The translations under genes and the position numbers were made by a program. Shown one piece after another: positions 61,116-64,000 of a DNA stretch of 64,000 nucleotides. Position 1 is the first letter of the stretch, and each line of letters opens with the position of its first letter. This stretch comes from an uncultured cyanobacterium (GTDB lineage: Bacteria; Cyanobacteriota; Cyanobacteriia; Cyanobacteriales; CAWUOF01), in assembly GCA_963744145.1 (NCBI GenBank), contig CAVUSO010000001.1, positions 960,001 through 1,024,000 on the forward strand. Reading direction: 5' to 3'. The notes beneath the pieces are model-generated. The model did not search any database and was not told the origin of the DNA. It was given only the letters and a program-made list of their open reading frames with translations.

Positions 61116-62189
61116 TTATGCAACTGCGGCTCTAAATGCCTCAATAACACGCTGAGTGTTAGCTTTTAAGCTATATTTTTCTTGGGCTACTCGCACACAG
61201 TTATATGACATTTTGATCCGGAGTGAATTATCTTTAATTAATAGCTGTAAGTAGTCAACCCATTCACTATGAGTATGAGCAAGAAATCCAGTAACTCCAT
61301 GTTCAATTACTTCCAAATTCGAGCCAAGCGGAGTGCATACAGAAGGAATACCTAAAGCCATATATTGAACTACTTTCATGTAAAACTTGCGCTTATTCCA
61401 CTCAGTTACTGGTAAAGGAACTAGACCGATCTGAATTTTTCGCAAATCTTCAATTTCTGTTTCTGCTTTCCAATTCTGTGCTGTGTATTTAACTCCAGGT
61501 AGATCAAACTCTGTACCACCGATCAACTGAATCTGGTGTTTCACTTTTTGCCCGAGTTCTTTTAAAACATCCGCAAGTAAAAGCATATTGTTAACAGTGG
61601 TGGGACTGCCACTCCAACCAATGCAGATTGAATCCGAGTTTGGTTGAGGTGGATAAAAAACATATTTTTCCGTATCGACAATACTGGGAATTTGCCACAC
61701 ATTTGAGTTGAATTGCGTAGCATATTCTTTGATTTGGGTGGAATTAACTATTACAACTCGACTCAGACGGCAAATTTCTGCTACTTTGCCAAAAAATTTA
61801 AGATAGGATAAGTAACCATTTGATTTGCTGCGATAGGGTACGTAAATTGGATCGTCAAATTGATAAATAATTGGTTTTCCTTGACGGGCAATCCATTTTT
61901 CTAGTAATGCTGGTCCAAATAATGCTGCTTCTCGATGAATAAAAACCGCGTCAAAAGCATCTAAGTTTTGGAGCAATTTGATCCGATTGGCAAAAGCTCC
62001 GATCATTTCCCAAGCTTTAACACTCAGGTGTCCTGTTTGCTGAAGCACATCATGCAAGCGTTCAGTTTCAAAGGGAACGAAGTGAAGATGAATACCAGCA
62101 TTTTTTAAGATTGGCTCCCACAGTTCAATGCTGGATCGCTGACTTGGTACGTAGCCATAAAGATAGGGAATGAGAACAAGAACATTCAT
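61116..62189 (-). CDS. Glycosyltransferase family 4
   Basis: IYQFDD, IGWSGS, IGLVPL...KVVQYMALGIP...HGVTGFL. Confidence 0.88.
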   Translation of the reverse strand: MNVLVLIPYLYGYVPSQRSSIELWEPILKNAGIHLHFVPFETERLHDVLQQTGHLSVKAWEMIGAFANRIKLLQNLDAFDAVFIHREAALFGPALLEKWIARQGKPIIYQFDDPIYVPYRSKSNGYLSYLKFFGKVAEICRLSRVVIVNSTQIKEYATQFNSNVWQIPSIVDTEKYVFYPPQPNSDSICIGWSGSPTTVNNMLLLADVLKELGQKVKHQIQLIGGTEFDLPGVKYTAQNWKAETEIEDLRKIQIGLVPLPVTEWNKRKFYMKVVQYMALGIPSVCTPLGSNLEVIEHGVTGFLAHTHSEWVDYLQLLIKDNSLRIKMSYNCVRVAQEKYSLKANTQRVIEAFRAAVA

Positions 62190-62207
62190 AGTTAATAAAT
62201 TCTGAAT

Positions 62208-63440
62208 TTATCTTGATTGGGCGAGAGATTGATAAATTCGGTGATAGGATTGCACACCATCTTCTAAAGAAAAATAACGGTGGGCAGCAGTCACACAGCG
62301 ATCGCTAATTCCCGTTTCCTCAACCAATTCCAAAAGCTCCTGTACCGCTTTTTTTTGTGCTGTTTCGGTGAACTCGCGCAAAACTACACCTACTTTTTCT
62401 CCTGCTAATATTTGTTCCATATCACCGACTCCAGCATTGCTCAGACAAGGAATTCCACAGCCTAAAAACTCACCCAGCTTGGTTGCTGCCGAGGATAGTT
62501 TGGAAAAAACTGGTTTAATGAAAAATATTCCTGCATCCATCCGACCCATTTCAACCGGAACCTGGGCAGGGGCTACAGTTTTAATCTCTACCCCATCCTC
62601 TATACTGTGAGCTGCCAGTCGTTCCCGGATAAAATTATGTTCGCCCCTATTTAGAATCAGCAGTTTGGCATTTGGTTTAAACTGCCGTAATATTTTAAAA
62701 CACTCTAATGTTGGATCAAATAAATACCATACACCCACCGTGCCTACATAGCCAAGGGTAAAAGGGCGATCGCTGGTTAAATCTGTCTTAGGTAGAGGAC
62801 GAAATCTTTCTAGGTTAGTGCAGGTGGAAATAATTTCAAAAGGCGGAAAATATTCTTTCAGATAGGGAAATTCCCGCATCGCAGCTACACCAGCATGAGT
62901 TAAAGAAACTACTAGATCTGAACGAGTAAGAAATTGGCGTTCAAACCATTTGGCAACTTTATACAATCGGGAATCTTTCCGCCATAAACCACCATCAATT
63001 CGCTCATCTGCCCAGAAACCACGCATATCAAAAATGAACCGAGTACCTAAGAGTTGTTTGAGACTCAGAGCAAGAACCGATGGTACATAGCTGCGAGCGT
63101 GAACAATCTGAATTTGGTGACGTAGGATTAAATAGGTACAGACAATAAATCCCACGGTTAAATCGTAAGAAGTTGCCAGTGTGGTAGGGTGTTTATGATA
63201 TCCCAGAGGTATCCAACGAATCCCAGCATCGCTAACTTCTTCAATCACAGCATTGCGGTTTTTAGTGTTAGCCCAGTCATCTGGTTTTTCATAACTTACC
63301 AAAGTAATTTGATGTTCTTTAGCCAGCAGACGCAGATATTGATAAATCTGAGATTGTCCTAGAGGTTCCATCAAACCATCATAGGAAATATAAAGAACAG
63401 ATATGCCAGATTTCTTATCCATACCGGGTTTTTCAATCAA
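62208..63440 (-). CDS. Glycosyltransferase family 4
   Basis: YISYDGLMEPLGQSQ, VHARSY, FDMRGFWADE, TKLGEFLGCGIP. Confidence 0.88.
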   Translation of the reverse strand: MIEKPGMDKKSGISVLYISYDGLMEPLGQSQIYQYLRLLAKEHQITLVSYEKPDDWANTKNRNAVIEEVSDAGIRWIPLGYHKHPTTLATSYDLTVGFIVCTYLILRHQIQIVHARSYVPSVLALSLKQLLGTRFIFDMRGFWADERIDGGLWRKDSRLYKVAKWFERQFLTRSDLVVSLTHAGVAAMREFPYLKEYFPPFEIISTCTNLERFRPLPKTDLTSDRPFTLGYVGTVGVWYLFDPTLECFKILRQFKPNAKLLILNRGEHNFIRERLAAHSIEDGVEIKTVAPAQVPVEMGRMDAGIFFIKPVFSKLSSAATKLGEFLGCGIPCLSNAGVGDMEQILAGEKVGVVLREFTETAQKKAVQELLELVEETGISDRCVTAAHRYFSLEDGVQSYHRIYQSLAQSR

Positions 63441-63451
63441 GACCGATTTAC

Positions 63452-64000
63452 TTATTTACCTTTCTGTCCAATTAGGTTAACTCCAGGATGATTAAGATGC
63501 TGAATATCGATTATTTCAGAATTGGATAGCCATTTTTCTACATCTGGCCGAGTTTGGGGTTGATCGTATTCAGGAGATAGCATATCAAAGGTATCTAAAA
63601 TTGCCCAATCATAACGCTGTTTTAAGGACAGGTCTACCTCATTGACATAATTAGCAATGGGAATGCTAAATCTAAATAATCTGCCAAAAACCGGAAGGCG
63701 GAACAAGACTTCCGTTAGCACAAATAATCCCGGCATAAGCAACTTCAGGCTGGCTAAAAATGCCTTTTTATTGAGCCTTTTTGTCAACGGTCTGATCAGA
63801 TATTTTCCGTTTAGTAATGTCCAAGGTTTTCGCTCATATATAGTCACGGCAATTTTGCCACCAATTTTTAAAACTTTTGGTAAACATTTAGTGGCTGCTT
63901 CTGGATGAGGAGTGTGTTGAATAACTCCTATACAGTAGCAACCATCAAAAACACCAGCACGAAAGGGAAGTTCGTAAATACTTGCTTGCACGAAGTGAAT
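63452..64000 (-). CDS. Class I SAM-dependent methyltransferase (partial, 5' end outside window)
   Basis: Frame is open to the window end; VQASIYELPF...FD..YCIGVIQHTP...LKIGG. Confidence 0.82.
   Translation of the reverse strand: MHFVQASIYELPFRAGVFDGCYCIGVIQHTPHPEAATKCLPKVLKIGGKIAVTIYERKPWTLLNGKYLIRPLTKRLNKKAFLASLKLLMPGLFVLTEVLFRLPVFGRLFRFSIPIANYVNEVDLSLKQRYDWAILDTFDMLSPEYDQPQTRPDVEKWLSNSEIIDIQHLNHPGVNLIGQKGK

Overview
AT-rich cyanobacterial chromosome segment, probably from a filamentous Oscillatoriales-like organism; the HIP1 octamer GCGATCGC recurs throughout. In order it holds: (1) an NAD salvage operon, pncB-nadD-nrtR-nadE, with an NrtR-type operator; (2) a hybrid histidine kinase and a REC-PAS-GGDEF cyclase; (3) a TPR-CHAT protein lacking its catalytic dyad, next to an uncharacterised membrane-anchored protein; (4) housekeeping genes (RNase II, rpsR, rpmG, RDD, lpxD), an ABC-2 exporter and a Uma2 nuclease; (5) a stand-alone transporter-like protein with a Cys-rich tail, divergent from a GAF histidine kinase, with one NtcA box correctly spaced to -10 boxes on both strands; (6) a ClpC paralog, a rhomboid protease and a URC1-URC4-upp uracil-catabolism cluster; (7) a roughly 10 kb plastic region (about 33.0-43.5 kb) with an NRPS/panD/MFS relic, duplicated DUF29-like loci, a dead IS701, a GC-rich foreign SDR gene, an Hsp70 relic, MITEs and an intact IS1634 with inverted repeats and a 6-bp target duplication; (8) hutX-like, phoH, khpA, rpsP, ffh and an orphan GAF protein; (9) the end of a surface-polysaccharide cluster. 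Six single-base frameshifts in otherwise continuous reading frames suggest sequencing error. I recognised no CRISPR array, tRNA or rRNA. All family calls come from motif recognition by eye; no database search was run.
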